Virus record (IMG/VR): IMGVR_UViG_3300023174_000191
Span: 1 to 58,423 of that record
Direction: 5' to 3' (one strand)
Source of the DNA: a virus
Taxonomy: Duplodnaviria; Caudoviricetes
Length of the DNA: 58,423 bases
Position numbers and translations under genes: made by a program. The notes beneath the pieces are model-generated. The model saw nothing but the letters and a program-made list of their open reading frames with translations, did not search any database and had not been told where the DNA came from. The stretch's first letter is position 1; the number at the start of each line of letters is the position of its first letter. Shown here piece after piece: positions 11,101 to 21,400 of the stretch.

Positions 11101-11355
11101 TAAATCAGCAAACATCTTAAGAAACTCTTGAACTGACTGAACTAATTCAGGTGTCATATCTGTTTTAGCATGCACAATATCGCCTCCTAAAAAGATAATA
11201 TCATTTGGGCCAATTGTTTTTTTAATTTTATCTACAGTTCTATTAAATACTGTTAAATATTCTTCATGTCGTTTAAGATTTCTAATGTGAATATCAGCTA
11301 TGTGATATATTTTATCTATCTTATCTATACTGGTAACTAAATTTTCTATATACAT
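8191..11355 (-). CDS. Fused Mre11/SbcD nuclease - Rad50/SbcC ATPase (gp47-gp46-like recombination nuclease)
   Basis: N-terminal metallophosphoesterase motifs ADIH, GGD, GNHD, GDIH, YPGS; Walker A APNASGKST; coiled coil with CSFC zinc hook; TSGMEK signature; Walker B AIDEGFG; ISH. Confidence 0.93.
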   Translation of the reverse strand: MYIENLVTSIDKIDKIYHIADIHIRNLKRHEEYLTVFNRTVDKIKKTIGPNDIIFLGGDIVHAKTDMTPELVQSVQEFLKMFADLAPTILITGNHDCNLNNKSRLDALTPIVNALNHPNLYYLKESGVYKLADKHFTVMSVFDKPKDFIKADEFEGDFKIALHHGAVNNALTDIGFRLVNDHVDIDTFKGYDLTLLGDIHKPNQFLNEEKTIAYPGSLIQQNYAEALIHGMLVWDTNTSQAEFMEIENDMCYYTLEVNDSKYNPIPDELSDKLIRLRIKSQNTESADLKSIIGSIKSKFNVEEYTVQKINDLTQNKSRVQKINIGDVRDVEYQNTLITKYLENKFTLEDDVLDGVRHVNRTVNSGLPTLEINRNVSWIPKSFEFSNMFSYGKGNSIDFTNMKGVYGLFAPNASGKSTLLDAITYCIFDKCGRTSKAVAVLNNRSASFTCKFNFELDGKNFFIEKIGTRGRGNHVRVDVNFYSVDDLGQITSLNGKERSETNDHIRGLLGTYEDFVLTALSVQNNNSGFIDMAQKDRKDLLAQFLDINIFEDLYRIANDDIKEVATLVKEYQRQDFGSQLAQAVNDIEAYTKEHKDYQIDKSELENKIDTLNQEILSLTSNLVPVDTSIANKDRLDELKDQAILFLSQLEKSESDKLGELKVCKESLDELQESIKAFNINEIQARIDVLDGLHNTEKNLYGQVAKLKAEVSNKLDKMKKLDDLKYDENCSFCMDNVFVKDAIATKASIEEDKKHAQKIVDDLQIIKDKITQLKPSIQEKEDYNKLNQDIHKKSSLKSSIESELHQIATKHLQGVSRLGEVNTKIAEYFKQEEVIKENMTINGQIDSLNKKVTDLKDELSILNDDILTCHSKLLLSDKLKEKAEESISKLKDLAQQYKFYQYYLEAVNRDGIPYDLITSAVPYIEQEINNILSQLVEFSLMLEMDGKNINCYIVYDEDNFWPIELTSGMEKFVSSLAIRTALINVSSLPRPNFLAIDEGFGVLDSDNLNSMFNLFDYLKTQFSFMLVISHIDSMRDVVDKLIEITKTNGSSKISYN

Positions 11356-12303
11356 TTATCCGAATAATTTATATTCAATGAATTTTTCAAAGGTCAGTGG
11401 AGGTGTTTGTTTTATTAAACTACACATTTTTTCAAATCCTATTTCAGCAGGATCTTTTTCTTGCAAATCTACAAAATAAACTTGAACTCCATTATTCATG
11501 AAATATTCTGCATGTTGCAATGCTTGTTTTTGAGCGTCTTTATCTAAACAAATATACAACTGACTTACTTTATTTTCAATAATTTTCTTACGTAAGTCTT
11601 CTGATATTGTCTTTCCGAATAATGGTATTGCATTTCTTCTAACTGCAATAGCGTCAAATGAGCCTTCTACTAAAACTAAAGGAAGTGCCCAATTTATAAA
11701 CAATTCAAATCCAACACAATCTTTAGATACGTCTGGATTCTTATGTTTAAAGTCTACATCATAATAAGCTCTTCCTACAAAATAATTTAATTTACCTTCT
11801 GTATCATAAGAAGGGATAATTATTTTTTTAGCATATTCGCCTGACTCGCAATATCCTATGCCATATTTTACTATTTCAGAAAGAGTTATTTTTCTTTTTG
11901 ATCTTAAGTAATGTATAGCATTTTTATACTCTGTTGTCTCAGAATGTTTATATAAAGGAATATACTCTTTAGGCAGGTCTAGAGGTGTCGTAGATGCTGT
12001 ATAAGCGGAGTTCGTAGATGAGCTATATTTGGGTTGGGTGTTAAGTAGCTTATACAATTCTGCTATCTTATCTCTGCTTACATTTAGTGCTTTAAACAGC
12101 GTAGATATCTTTTTTCCAGACTTGTTGCAAACCCAACAATGCCATGGATTTTCTCCTTTATCATTAGTTACTGTCTGCACTTCTAGTTTTCTTCTAGTAG
12201 AGTGACAAAACGGGCAGGAGTGAGCTTGGTTACCTTTATTAGTAACTTTGCCTTTTCCTAAAACCGAATCTATTAAATGAATTAACTTTGTATTTACCAT
12301 CAA
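11356..12303 (-). CDS. DNA primase (zinc finger + TOPRIM)
   Basis: CPFC...HCWVC zinc-binding domain; VEGSFD and LDKDA TOPRIM motifs; KDPAE. Confidence 0.9.
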   Translation of the reverse strand: MMVNTKLIHLIDSVLGKGKVTNKGNQAHSCPFCHSTRRKLEVQTVTNDKGENPWHCWVCNKSGKKISTLFKALNVSRDKIAELYKLLNTQPKYSSSTNSAYTASTTPLDLPKEYIPLYKHSETTEYKNAIHYLRSKRKITLSEIVKYGIGYCESGEYAKKIIIPSYDTEGKLNYFVGRAYYDVDFKHKNPDVSKDCVGFELFINWALPLVLVEGSFDAIAVRRNAIPLFGKTISEDLRKKIIENKVSQLYICLDKDAQKQALQHAEYFMNNGVQVYFVDLQEKDPAEIGFEKMCSLIKQTPPLTFEKFIEYKLFG

Positions 12304-12337
12304 GACTAATATATAATAATCTTTCGCATAATCAAAA

Positions 12338-12745
12338 TTAAATTAGCCAATCATCTGGAATGTCTTTATCTGCGAATTTAAACCCATGCTTAATACACCA
12401 ATCTGCATAAGTAGTTTTAGATGCTTTTGATATTTTAGTTTTAGAATTTTGAAATAAAAACCTAATATCTAAGTTTGGATTTTGTGCTTTGATAAGTAAA
12501 TGTTTTTTCCTGTCATCAGTCAAAAATCTACCTTTTGTCTCGACAAAAATGCCATTAGGCAATTTAAAGTCAGGATGATATTTGTGATGCGTTTCAGGTT
12601 TAGTATATTGTATAATATGTTTTTCATATTCTCCATCTATACCCCTTGATTTCAAAGATTCGTCGATAGTCATTTCTAAACCACTTCTAAATCCGTATTT
12701 TGCAGCGACTGCTTTTACGCTGTAAGTTGCTCTTCTTTTTGCCAT
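12338..12745 (-). CDS. T7 endonuclease I-like Holliday junction resolvase
   Basis: FRSGLE, YHPDF.LPNGI.VETKGRF, DRKKHLLIK.Q.P.LDIRF motifs of the T7 gp3 family. Confidence 0.92.
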   Translation of the reverse strand: MAKRRATYSVKAVAAKYGFRSGLEMTIDESLKSRGIDGEYEKHIIQYTKPETHHKYHPDFKLPNGIFVETKGRFLTDDRKKHLLIKAQNPNLDIRFLFQNSKTKISKASKTTYADWCIKHGFKFADKDIPDDWLI

Positions 12746-12758
12746 AACATTTATTTAA

Positions 12759-14525
12759 TTACATATCAAATTTAACAATTAAGTTAAGATCGACATCATC
12801 TCGTTTGTGAATTGGTGTTCCTAATTTTCCTATTGCTAATAATCTACCATACTTATCATACAATCCAACTGTCGTTATATAAGGAGCAAAATGTTCATTA
12901 GATACAAATTCTTTTGGAACTTCAGAATTTTCATCATTGTTTTGTCGTATAGTAGAATTAGAAGTAAAGTTAAATTCATCTTCTTTTGCTCTACATACAT
13001 ACTCATGTTCATATAAAGTAACTGTTGAGTTATATTCAAAATAAAAATTTTGTAAACAGCCTGGCTGTTGAGCACCTGTTTTATAATTATATAACGAATC
13101 GTTAAATAATCTAAATGATCCTGAAGTATATTTTGTTCTAGGATCTGAAATTACTACCATTCCATGTTCGTAAAATACATTTCCAACTGCATTTGTATTA
13201 GTAGTCATTAAATTCAAAGAACCTGTATAGCATAATTGATTAATTTCTGTTTGAGTCAATCCTTTACTAAATACTATAAATTCATCAACAGACCCATTCA
13301 TACCTTGATTAGTATATCCGTCATTTTTCAACCCTAGCGATCCTATAAATATATCCGCTTCATTATGAATATTTTCATTAGACATTACTTCAGATCCTTG
13401 TAAAGTGCCATTAACATATAATTGAAAATTAGAACCTGTTTTTTGTAATAGAATATGATTAATATGATTTGGAGATAATGAACTGGTTATTGCAGTAATT
13501 TGAGAGCCGTCAGATGTTCTACATTCTAATTTTGAACCGCTGTATACTCTAATATCATATGGATATTGACTTATAGGTAAGTTATAATCAACTAATTGAC
13601 TTATCCCTTTTCTAGTTTTTATATTTTTCTTTACGGTAGTTCTTTTTGATAATATACTAGATGTAGCTGGCGCGAAAACAGTCGAATCATGTCCTAACCA
13701 CATTCCAATTGCAAAATCTTCACTTCTTTTAAAATTTAAAGTATCATTGTTAGGTATACGTATATACGACCCAGAATTAAACAATACTGTATTTCCGTAT
13801 GGATATGAAGTTGATTTGCCTATAATATTATAGCCCTTATCTGCAGGGACAATTAAAATATTTTTACCGGTTACTTCTAATTCTTGAATAGTAGTATCTG
13901 TTTGAATTAGCCCTTGAGCATAATTTGTTCTATCCCACCAACTTGATGTTGGATTTCCATCCCAAAATGGAGAATATGTCATTGCATTAAATCCTAAATA
14001 TAACAATTCGTTAGATATAGAACTACTTAATGCAGTATCAATTAAATTTCCATTTCCGTCATCTACAAATGACATTGATGTATTAGATATATTATTATAA
14101 AAATTTAATATAACAGACCCAGGTTGAATTGATTCTCCAAATTTTACTTGAGGAATTGAAATTACAGATGCTTCATCAAATATAGTTCTTTCTATAGCTG
14201 CTGGATCTGAATATCCGAAGGTTTCAAATGGCCGGCCTGCTCTTTTATAATATAAATGATTTAAACTATACCAAACCATTGAAGCTTCAGAATCTAAAGT
14301 TGTGTTAATTAGTAATGAAGCAGATTCTGCTTGAGTTTGCCATGAATCTAGAGTAACCTTTCCTCCAGAATAAACTTTTGGATTTGGTTTAATAGCAACT
14401 AATTTTCTAATACCATCTATTTCTAAAGATCCTGTATTAGTATAGCTCCAAGATCTGTGAACCTTGAAAGGGGTGATCGTTTTATCTTGATCATTTATTT
14501 TTTTAAATACTCCTGGTTTTCCCAT
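12759..14525 (-). CDS. Virion/baseplate protein with LamG-like insertion
   Basis: LamG-like HI...LYVNG...IFIG...GSVDEF segment; C-terminal YITTVGLYD...LLAIGKL..PI shared with the two upstream paralogues. Confidence 0.7.
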   Translation of the reverse strand: MGKPGVFKKINDQDKTITPFKVHRSWSYTNTGSLEIDGIRKLVAIKPNPKVYSGGKVTLDSWQTQAESASLLINTTLDSEASMVWYSLNHLYYKRAGRPFETFGYSDPAAIERTIFDEASVISIPQVKFGESIQPGSVILNFYNNISNTSMSFVDDGNGNLIDTALSSSISNELLYLGFNAMTYSPFWDGNPTSSWWDRTNYAQGLIQTDTTIQELEVTGKNILIVPADKGYNIIGKSTSYPYGNTVLFNSGSYIRIPNNDTLNFKRSEDFAIGMWLGHDSTVFAPATSSILSKRTTVKKNIKTRKGISQLVDYNLPISQYPYDIRVYSGSKLECRTSDGSQITAITSSLSPNHINHILLQKTGSNFQLYVNGTLQGSEVMSNENIHNEADIFIGSLGLKNDGYTNQGMNGSVDEFIVFSKGLTQTEINQLCYTGSLNLMTTNTNAVGNVFYEHGMVVISDPRTKYTSGSFRLFNDSLYNYKTGAQQPGCLQNFYFEYNSTVTLYEHEYVCRAKEDEFNFTSNSTIRQNNDENSEVPKEFVSNEHFAPYITTVGLYDKYGRLLAIGKLGTPIHKRDDVDLNLIVKFDM

Positions 14526-14530
14526 ATATA

Positions 14531-14568
14531 GTAAAATAGACTCTTTAATATAAATATCAAAGAGTCTA
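14531..14568 (-). terminator. 10-bp hairpin followed by a U-run, with the late-promoter motif in its loop
   Basis: Minus strand TAGACTCTTT-GATATTTATATT-AAAGAGTCTA-TTTT. Confidence 0.6.
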
Positions 14569-14591
14569 CTTAATGGTGTATTTTATTAAAT

Positions 14592-16133
14592 TTAGAAATC
14601 TAACCTAACTTTAATTAAAGATTCTTTTGAGAATGAATTTTGAATTGGTTTAGATAATTTACCTACCGCTAGTAGTTCTTGTCTATCATTATACATACCC
14701 ACCGTAGTAATATATACTGTCGGATCTCCTAAAAACTGTGGTTGTGAAAACTCCCCTTCAGAACCAGTTACAAAAGTAGGATTATTTGAAAAATTATATT
14801 CTGTGTTTGTTACTCTCACGAAATAATGTGCTGACGTTCTAACTATAGAATTTCTTGATTGAAATGAATAGTTAAGTGGATCTAGAGTAAATGCTCCAGA
14901 AATAGAAGTAAACAATTTCCATGCATTATCACCCGCTACATTAGAACCCGTAACAATATTAAATGAAGCTGATGCATTTAATTTATTACCGTCTAAAATA
15001 ATCATACCCGTTTCAGGATACATTAACCCGTAATAGTGTGGATTTGTAGGATTATGAATTCCATTTAAAATAGAACCGGAAACTACATTTACTACTCTTC
15101 CCACCGTAGTTACTCTTTCTTCTTGAGTATCTGCTGAATCATCTATTAATGAAATAACTCCTGGATTCAATGTTTGAACTCTAACATTTGAACCGGTATG
15201 TGAATTATTTGGCACTGTCGAACCTGATAATTGTGCTAAAGTTAATTGCCAGTTACCCGGGTCTACTTTTTCTAAAATTCTAGCTCTATTAAAATTAATA
15301 GCGTAAATTGAATCTGTGGAAGTACCGTCTTTCAATGTAAATTGAGTATCATCTGGATTCAATAGTAATAATCTATATTGAGAATATACTGCTCTTGACG
15401 GAGAGTCATTTAGAGTACCAGCAGCGGACGAACCTGAGCCTCTTCTATGGCCATAAGCTATTGAGAATTGAGGTTCAGAATCTTCTGAAATGATAGGATT
15501 TTTATTCCAAGCTTCGTAATAATATTGTTTAGACGCAGCGCTTTGAATTGATCCAGTAAACATTGCAGACATTGTAGCTTGGTTTATTGAAACTCCATAT
15601 GATGTATTTGAAAATAAACCTGTCGTTAAAAATACTTTTTGATTTTCAACAATATCTGTTGCAGGATTAAATCTAGAAAATACTCTACCGCCTTCAGCCG
15701 GTTGCTGTTGATTAACTAAATCTTTAACTATGTCATTAGCTAATGAAGCAGCTTGTATTTCAATTTCTGCTTGAACTGCGGGAGTATTAATAATTACAGG
15801 TGCTGGTTCAGGCTGAACTGCAATAGGTGTTGGAGCCGGTATCGGTGTTGGCTCCGGCACTTGAACTACTACAGGAGCAGGTGTTGGGTTTGTTGGTGTT
15901 GGAGCTGGAGTAACTACTACAGGAGTTGTTCTTGGTGGTGTTGGGAAAAATGGTCTTACTGGTCTAGGAATACCAGTTCCGCCGAAGCTACCGCCTCCAC
16001 GAATTCCTAAGAAATTACGTGAACCTGGTCTGCCGTTATTTCCGAAAAAGCCGCCATTAGCGCCTTCATTATTAAATCCACTTCCCAATCCGTCGTTAAA
16101 ATTGTCTCCGGTATTATCTATGTACCTTATCAT
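14592..16133 (-). CDS. Virion/baseplate protein, paralogue A (Gly- and Pro-rich N-terminus)
   Basis: C-terminal ~360 aa highly similar to 16160..17659; C-terminus resembles tail-collar fibre proteins (ITTVGMYND..ELLAVGKL). Confidence 0.7.
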   Translation of the reverse strand: MIRYIDNTGDNFNDGLGSGFNNEGANGGFFGNNGRPGSRNFLGIRGGGSFGGTGIPRPVRPFFPTPPRTTPVVVTPAPTPTNPTPAPVVVQVPEPTPIPAPTPIAVQPEPAPVIINTPAVQAEIEIQAASLANDIVKDLVNQQQPAEGGRVFSRFNPATDIVENQKVFLTTGLFSNTSYGVSINQATMSAMFTGSIQSAASKQYYYEAWNKNPIISEDSEPQFSIAYGHRRGSGSSAAGTLNDSPSRAVYSQYRLLLLNPDDTQFTLKDGTSTDSIYAINFNRARILEKVDPGNWQLTLAQLSGSTVPNNSHTGSNVRVQTLNPGVISLIDDSADTQEERVTTVGRVVNVVSGSILNGIHNPTNPHYYGLMYPETGMIILDGNKLNASASFNIVTGSNVAGDNAWKLFTSISGAFTLDPLNYSFQSRNSIVRTSAHYFVRVTNTEYNFSNNPTFVTGSEGEFSQPQFLGDPTVYITTVGMYNDRQELLAVGKLSKPIQNSFSKESLIKVRLDF

Positions 16134-16159
16134 ATTGATATTGTATTAATTAATTGTTA

Positions 16160-17659
16160 TTAGAAATCCAATTTAACCTTGATTAAGGTTTCAACTGAAA
16201 ATGATTTTTGAACTGGCTGAGACAATTTAGCAACTGCTAGCAATTCTTGTCTGTCATTATACATACCAATTGTCGTTAAATATGTTTTAGGATCTCCAAT
16301 AAATGTTGCTTGAGAAAATTCTCCTACAGATCCAGTTACAAAAGTAGGATTATTTGAAAAATTATATTCTCCATTTTTTACACGAACGAAATAATGAGTT
16401 GATGTAATCGTTTCAATATTTCTAGCTTGCATTGCATAATTTACGCTAGCTGACATTGCTCCTGAAATTGATGTAAACAATTTCCATGCATTATCTCCAG
16501 CTACATTAGAACCAGTTACGGAATTAAATGAAGCTGATGCATTTAAAGCTGTATCATTAAGAATTACTACTCCTAATGCAGGATACATCAATCCATAATA
16601 TATAGGGGCTGATGGGTTAAAAATTCCATTTGTTAGCGAACCGGATACTATATTATATACATTACCTAATCCTGTAGTACCTGTATTATTTACATCTCCT
16701 GAATCGTCAATTAACGTAATAAAATTTGGATTCAATGTTTGAACTCTAACATTTGACCCTGTGTGCGATGCATTAGGAACTGTCGAACCAGATAATTGAG
16801 CTAATGTCATTTGCCAGTTGCCTGGGTCCATTCTATCTTTTAATCTAGCTCTGTTATAGTTAATAGCATAAATTGAATCTGAAGATGCTCCATTACCAAA
16901 GGTAAATGTAGTGTCGCCTGGATTCAATAGCAACAATCTATATTGTGAATATACTGCTCTTGATGGCGAATCGTTTAAAGTACCTGCTGCTGATGAACCT
17001 GAACCTCTTCTATGACCATATGCTACTGAAAATTGTGCTTCCGAAGTCGTTGCCGTTCCGTTCCACGCTTCATAATAATAATTTTTTGAAGTCGTTGATT
17101 GTAAAGAAGATGTGAATATAACTGACATTGTAGCAGCATTTGAAGAAAACAATCCAGATGTTACTTGAACTTGTTGGTTATCTAAAATATCTGAAACCGG
17201 TTCAAATCTAGTAAATACTCTTCCGGATGCAGCTACAGCCTTTTGTATTTGAAATTGCTTAACAAATTCATTAGCTAATGACCTTGCTTTTAAATTTATG
17301 CTTTCTTCCATTAACATTGGCTGCTCTAATACTGACGGAGCATCAGGAATTACTGTTCCTTTTGCATTTACAAATCCGCCGTTTGGTATAGAGTTTGCCT
17401 CTTCTGCAGATACTAAAGTCCAATTATTATTATCAGTAAAGCCTTGTCCGTTATCTAATCCATAAGCTAACCACGCATCAAAACTTTCAAATCCAAATTT
17501 TCTTCCGCCTTGAACTAAGAAAACTGCATCACCTCCTTTAATTCTTATTGCTCTGCCTTCAAATCTAGCAGCAGTTGTTGCGGCTTGACCAGCTTCTAAG
17601 GCGCCACGACCACCTGATGCAGCGGCCATTCTACCTTGATCTTGATTACTAATTGCCAT
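16160..17659 (-). CDS. Virion/baseplate protein, paralogue B
   Basis: Shares YGHRRGSGSSAAGTLNDSPSRAVYSQYRLLLLNP and other blocks with the adjacent ORF. Confidence 0.7.
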   Translation of the reverse strand: MAISNQDQGRMAAASGGRGALEAGQAATTAARFEGRAIRIKGGDAVFLVQGGRKFGFESFDAWLAYGLDNGQGFTDNNNWTLVSAEEANSIPNGGFVNAKGTVIPDAPSVLEQPMLMEESINLKARSLANEFVKQFQIQKAVAASGRVFTRFEPVSDILDNQQVQVTSGLFSSNAATMSVIFTSSLQSTTSKNYYYEAWNGTATTSEAQFSVAYGHRRGSGSSAAGTLNDSPSRAVYSQYRLLLLNPGDTTFTFGNGASSDSIYAINYNRARLKDRMDPGNWQMTLAQLSGSTVPNASHTGSNVRVQTLNPNFITLIDDSGDVNNTGTTGLGNVYNIVSGSLTNGIFNPSAPIYYGLMYPALGVVILNDTALNASASFNSVTGSNVAGDNAWKLFTSISGAMSASVNYAMQARNIETITSTHYFVRVKNGEYNFSNNPTFVTGSVGEFSQATFIGDPKTYLTTIGMYNDRQELLAVAKLSQPVQKSFSVETLIKVKLDF

Positions 17660-17691
17660 ACTAATATTTTATTTTATTAAAAATTGTTAAT

Positions 17692-18369
17692 TTATCTAGC
17701 ATTAGTAATAGGCGTACCTGTTGATGTTGCTAATGATGTTTTCTTAACTGTTACTGTTACTGATGTTCTTCCTCCAGTTTCGTTTCCAATTATTGTTACT
17801 GTTGCACTTACGTCTGAAACTAATTGTTGTTTTGCAATAATATTAAAGCTAAATCCAACTGCTGATACTGAAGTCGCAGCTTCTGCGTCTCCGATAAATC
17901 TAGGAACTGTCGGACTAACACCTGCCATTACTGGATTAACAACTTGCAATGAGCATACATCTGAATTAGATAAAATAGCAGTGTATCCTAAAGTTGCATT
18001 ACCTGAAGTAAAGTTTGTCGTAGTCGGAACAATTGAGAATACTTGACCTGGAGAAGTTAATGTCGCAGATGTTTGTGATACAGATATAACTGGTATTCTT
18101 GCAGTTTTCTTTGGCAATGTAACCAATTTATAACGCATAATATTAGATTCATCTGCTGTCGCTTCTACTAACGGCATATTTTCAATAATGATTCCATAGT
18201 AATTAGTTCCTAATGGATGTGCAGGGTTCCACAAATCGTAATCAATTTCATCATCAGCTAATGCAAATTGAGTAATTTTAAATTCGTCTTTACCGCGAGC
18301 TAGCAATTCTCTACCCTTTTTTGTCAAAATTGCGTCGACAGTAATTGTACTGTTATTTAAGTATCCCAT
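17692..18369 (-). CDS. Virion/baseplate protein
   Basis: DAILTKKGRELLA...ITQFALADD N-terminus resembles tail-collar fibre N-termini; structural context. Confidence 0.65.
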   Translation of the reverse strand: MGYLNNSTITVDAILTKKGRELLARGKDEFKITQFALADDEIDYDLWNPAHPLGTNYYGIIIENMPLVEATADESNIMRYKLVTLPKKTARIPVISVSQTSATLTSPGQVFSIVPTTTNFTSGNATLGYTAILSNSDVCSLQVVNPVMAGVSPTVPRFIGDAEAATSVSAVGFSFNIIAKQQLVSDVSATVTIIGNETGGRTSVTVTVKKTSLATSTGTPITNAR

Positions 18370-18386
18370 AATATAATTTCTTTTAA

Positions 18387-18395
18387 ATAAATATG
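18387..18395 (-). promoter_or_regulatory. Putative late promoter (CATATTTAT)
   Basis: Motif variant 18 nt upstream of the ATG at 18369. Confidence 0.55.
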
Positions 18396-18433
18396 TAATG
18401 TTTAAAAATCTAAGTTTAATCTATGTTTTTATT

Positions 18434-21400
18434 TTAAATTGATTTCTTTTTAATTCCCGTAGTTGCTTCATCTATAGTTGTTAATTGACCGTTTGCAAAT
18501 ACAATTTTATTTGGATTAACTTTAGTTACTTTAACTACAGGGCCTCCGTCTACAGTTTGCGTTGAATTTACGTTTATAGCTGTCGCAGTTAACTTACATC
18601 CAACATATCTAGCGTTACGCCAACCCGCAGATGTTTCTCTATGTACATCAGCAAAAGAATAACTAGATGAATAAGGCTGTTGAGCTGAAGCTGAGGCTGC
18701 GCTGCTATAAAATAAATTCGTTTTTTGTAATGAGTTTGACTGAGTTGACCCTGATATAAATTTTTGAATTGGTGTATATGAACCAGACTGTGTTAATTTA
18801 TATTGACCGATATATCTATTTTGAATCCATGCATTACCTGTTTTATTAATAGTATCTATTTTAGTTAATACAGTACTTTTTGGTATATCTGATATAGTTC
18901 CAGCGGTTGTCGGCTTAATTGTAATACTACTGTCTTTAGATTTAATAATAGTAGAATCAGTTAATACAGGTAGAGTGTCTATTAAACCTTCAGTATCTTT
19001 AGATTTAATGACAGCAGATTCAGTAAATACTGGTAATATATTTTCTAACGTTGCTAATTTATCAGCGTCATATTGCATAAAAGGTTCTAATATAATTCCT
19101 GACAATTCTCCTATATTTAGGTCATCATAATCTATATTAGGATTAACTGTAATTCCTGAAAATTCTCCTATATCTATATTATCATAATCTATATCAGGAT
19201 TAATGATAACCCCATTTAAAATTCCTTGACGATCGTCATCAAAATCAATAGCAGGAGGAGCAATCATTTCGTCAACTTCTCCTTCTAAATCTTCATACTC
19301 CATACCCATTGGAAGATCAAATTGAGCAATAACTGTCTCATGAGTTAAATCTTCTATGGTAGGTTTTCTATTTAATCTTACTCTACTTCTTTCTAAAACG
19401 TTAGGTTCAACTACTAATCCAACTACTGCATTAGATCTTTGAGGAAGCATTTTTTTAATATACTTAAACAAAGTGAAATCATAAATTTCTAAAGCTCGAA
19501 AATAAGCTTCAAAGTCATTTCGATTTTCATATTTTAACCAATAATTCTTTGCAAAGTTAGTTAATTCATTATAAGATTCACTGTAAGTATCTCCTGGATC
19601 TCCTATATAATCGTCAATTTCAAAATATCCTAATTGATTGAAAATATCTTCATTAATTGCAGTTTGAGGAGAAAAGTAAACACCTACTCTATTAGAATCT
19701 AATGAATATCTATCAAAAGAAGATTTTTCAATTCTTGTTTTAGTATTTAATCTTTTATTTACATCTAATGAAGAAGATTCAATTCTTACTTTATTTGTAT
19801 ATAAACTAGAGCCTCCTAGCGAAGGAGACGGTGTATAATATGTTTCTTCAAATCCTTCTAAAACAAAATTACTAGGGTCACTTATAGTTAAATAATTTAA
19901 AGACGTAGCTTTTGTATATAAAGTTGAATTAGGCTGAGTAGGATATTGGCGATTTGTATTTTCTACTTCAGTGGTAGATAATGTATATCTTTGTAATAAA
20001 TGATTATATGGTTTTAAAGCTTCTTCTCCTGTTGTTGTAATATTTCTATTTACGTCATATGTATAAGATGCTGGAGATTGAGTATGTTCAATAAGAGTAT
20101 TATCATCTAGAGACCCAGACCAAAATCTAATTTCATGAATATGACCTTTAAATTTTTGAGGTGATGGAATAGTACTGACAAAGCCATTGTTGTTATTTGC
20201 AAATTGATATACATATCCTTCAGCTCCAATAGGAGCAATTAATGAATTATTTAAAGACCCTGATTTAATATATATAGATTTTCCGTATAGTGCTTTTGAT
20301 ACTTTTACAGTGGCTGAAGTTGTGTTTACTTTTTCAATAGTTATAGTATGCCAGCTATTATCAAATATTTCCAATCCTGGAATTGTAATTGTCTGTGCGT
20401 CATGGCTATATAAAATTATAGACCCTAAGTTATTGTAAGTATTATCTCTAGATAATAGTATTTGATAGCGCGCTAAGCTAGAGGAGTTTATAATTTCAAC
20501 TAAATTATAAGACTGCCCAAAATCATATACAAAATTATTATCTGTTTTAAATCTAAATTCTAAAGTATCAGGTAGTGGAGTTCCCTCGGCATATGTTTTA
20601 GCAGTCACGTAGCTTGAGCCGTTTGCTAGCCATGCTTTGTGATACACATCATGCACATATTCTGGAAAATGATCTGCATCTGTGAATGTAGAAGGTCCTC
20701 CATATTCTTTAATTGTCAATACAGATTGTGGTATACCAAAACAGGTTACCAAAGCTTTAATTGCTCTAGACGTTCCTTTTGTTTTTAAAATGTAAGGTAA
20801 GTTATTTACAATTCTTCTCCAAACTTCTTTGGTATTTGACTCGTCAGATAAAGTAGTAATTAATGGAATATCATCCGAATTTATCGTGCCATCAGCATTT
20901 GTGCCTAGCGAGTATTTCCATAATTCAGAAGTAGACTTACCATTTAGTAAACTGAATCCCATTGATTCTGCTACATGATAAAGTAAATCATCAGGCATAC
21001 CATCTTTAGGGTGTTCTTCTCTATATTTTATAGCAGTTAAATTATTAATGTAAGTCCATAAAATATCAAAATGCTGTGATATCATATTTACAAACAATGC
21101 ATAATCTTCACCATCTGAAGAGTTTTGAATTTGCAATGGCACTGTGTTTGTCAGTGCATGTACATTAAATTTATCATAAATTTCTGCTTGCTCTAACAAA
21201 TCGTAATAATATGCAGAACCTTGTACAGAATTTATTTCAACTTGATCTGCAAAATAACTATATGGATCATATGAAGCATATGCATTCCATGTAGTATAAG
21301 CTTGATCCCAAAATTCATATGCAGCAGCCCATGTATATGACGTACTTGAAATTCCTTTTTTAGGCCAAGGATTAATAGAGCCTGAAGTGTTATCTACATG

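Noticed and set aside
14592-17659. Diversity-generating retroelement TR/VR pair
   Set aside because: Differences between the paralogues are not adenine-specific, both copies are full genes, and no reverse transcriptase is in the window.
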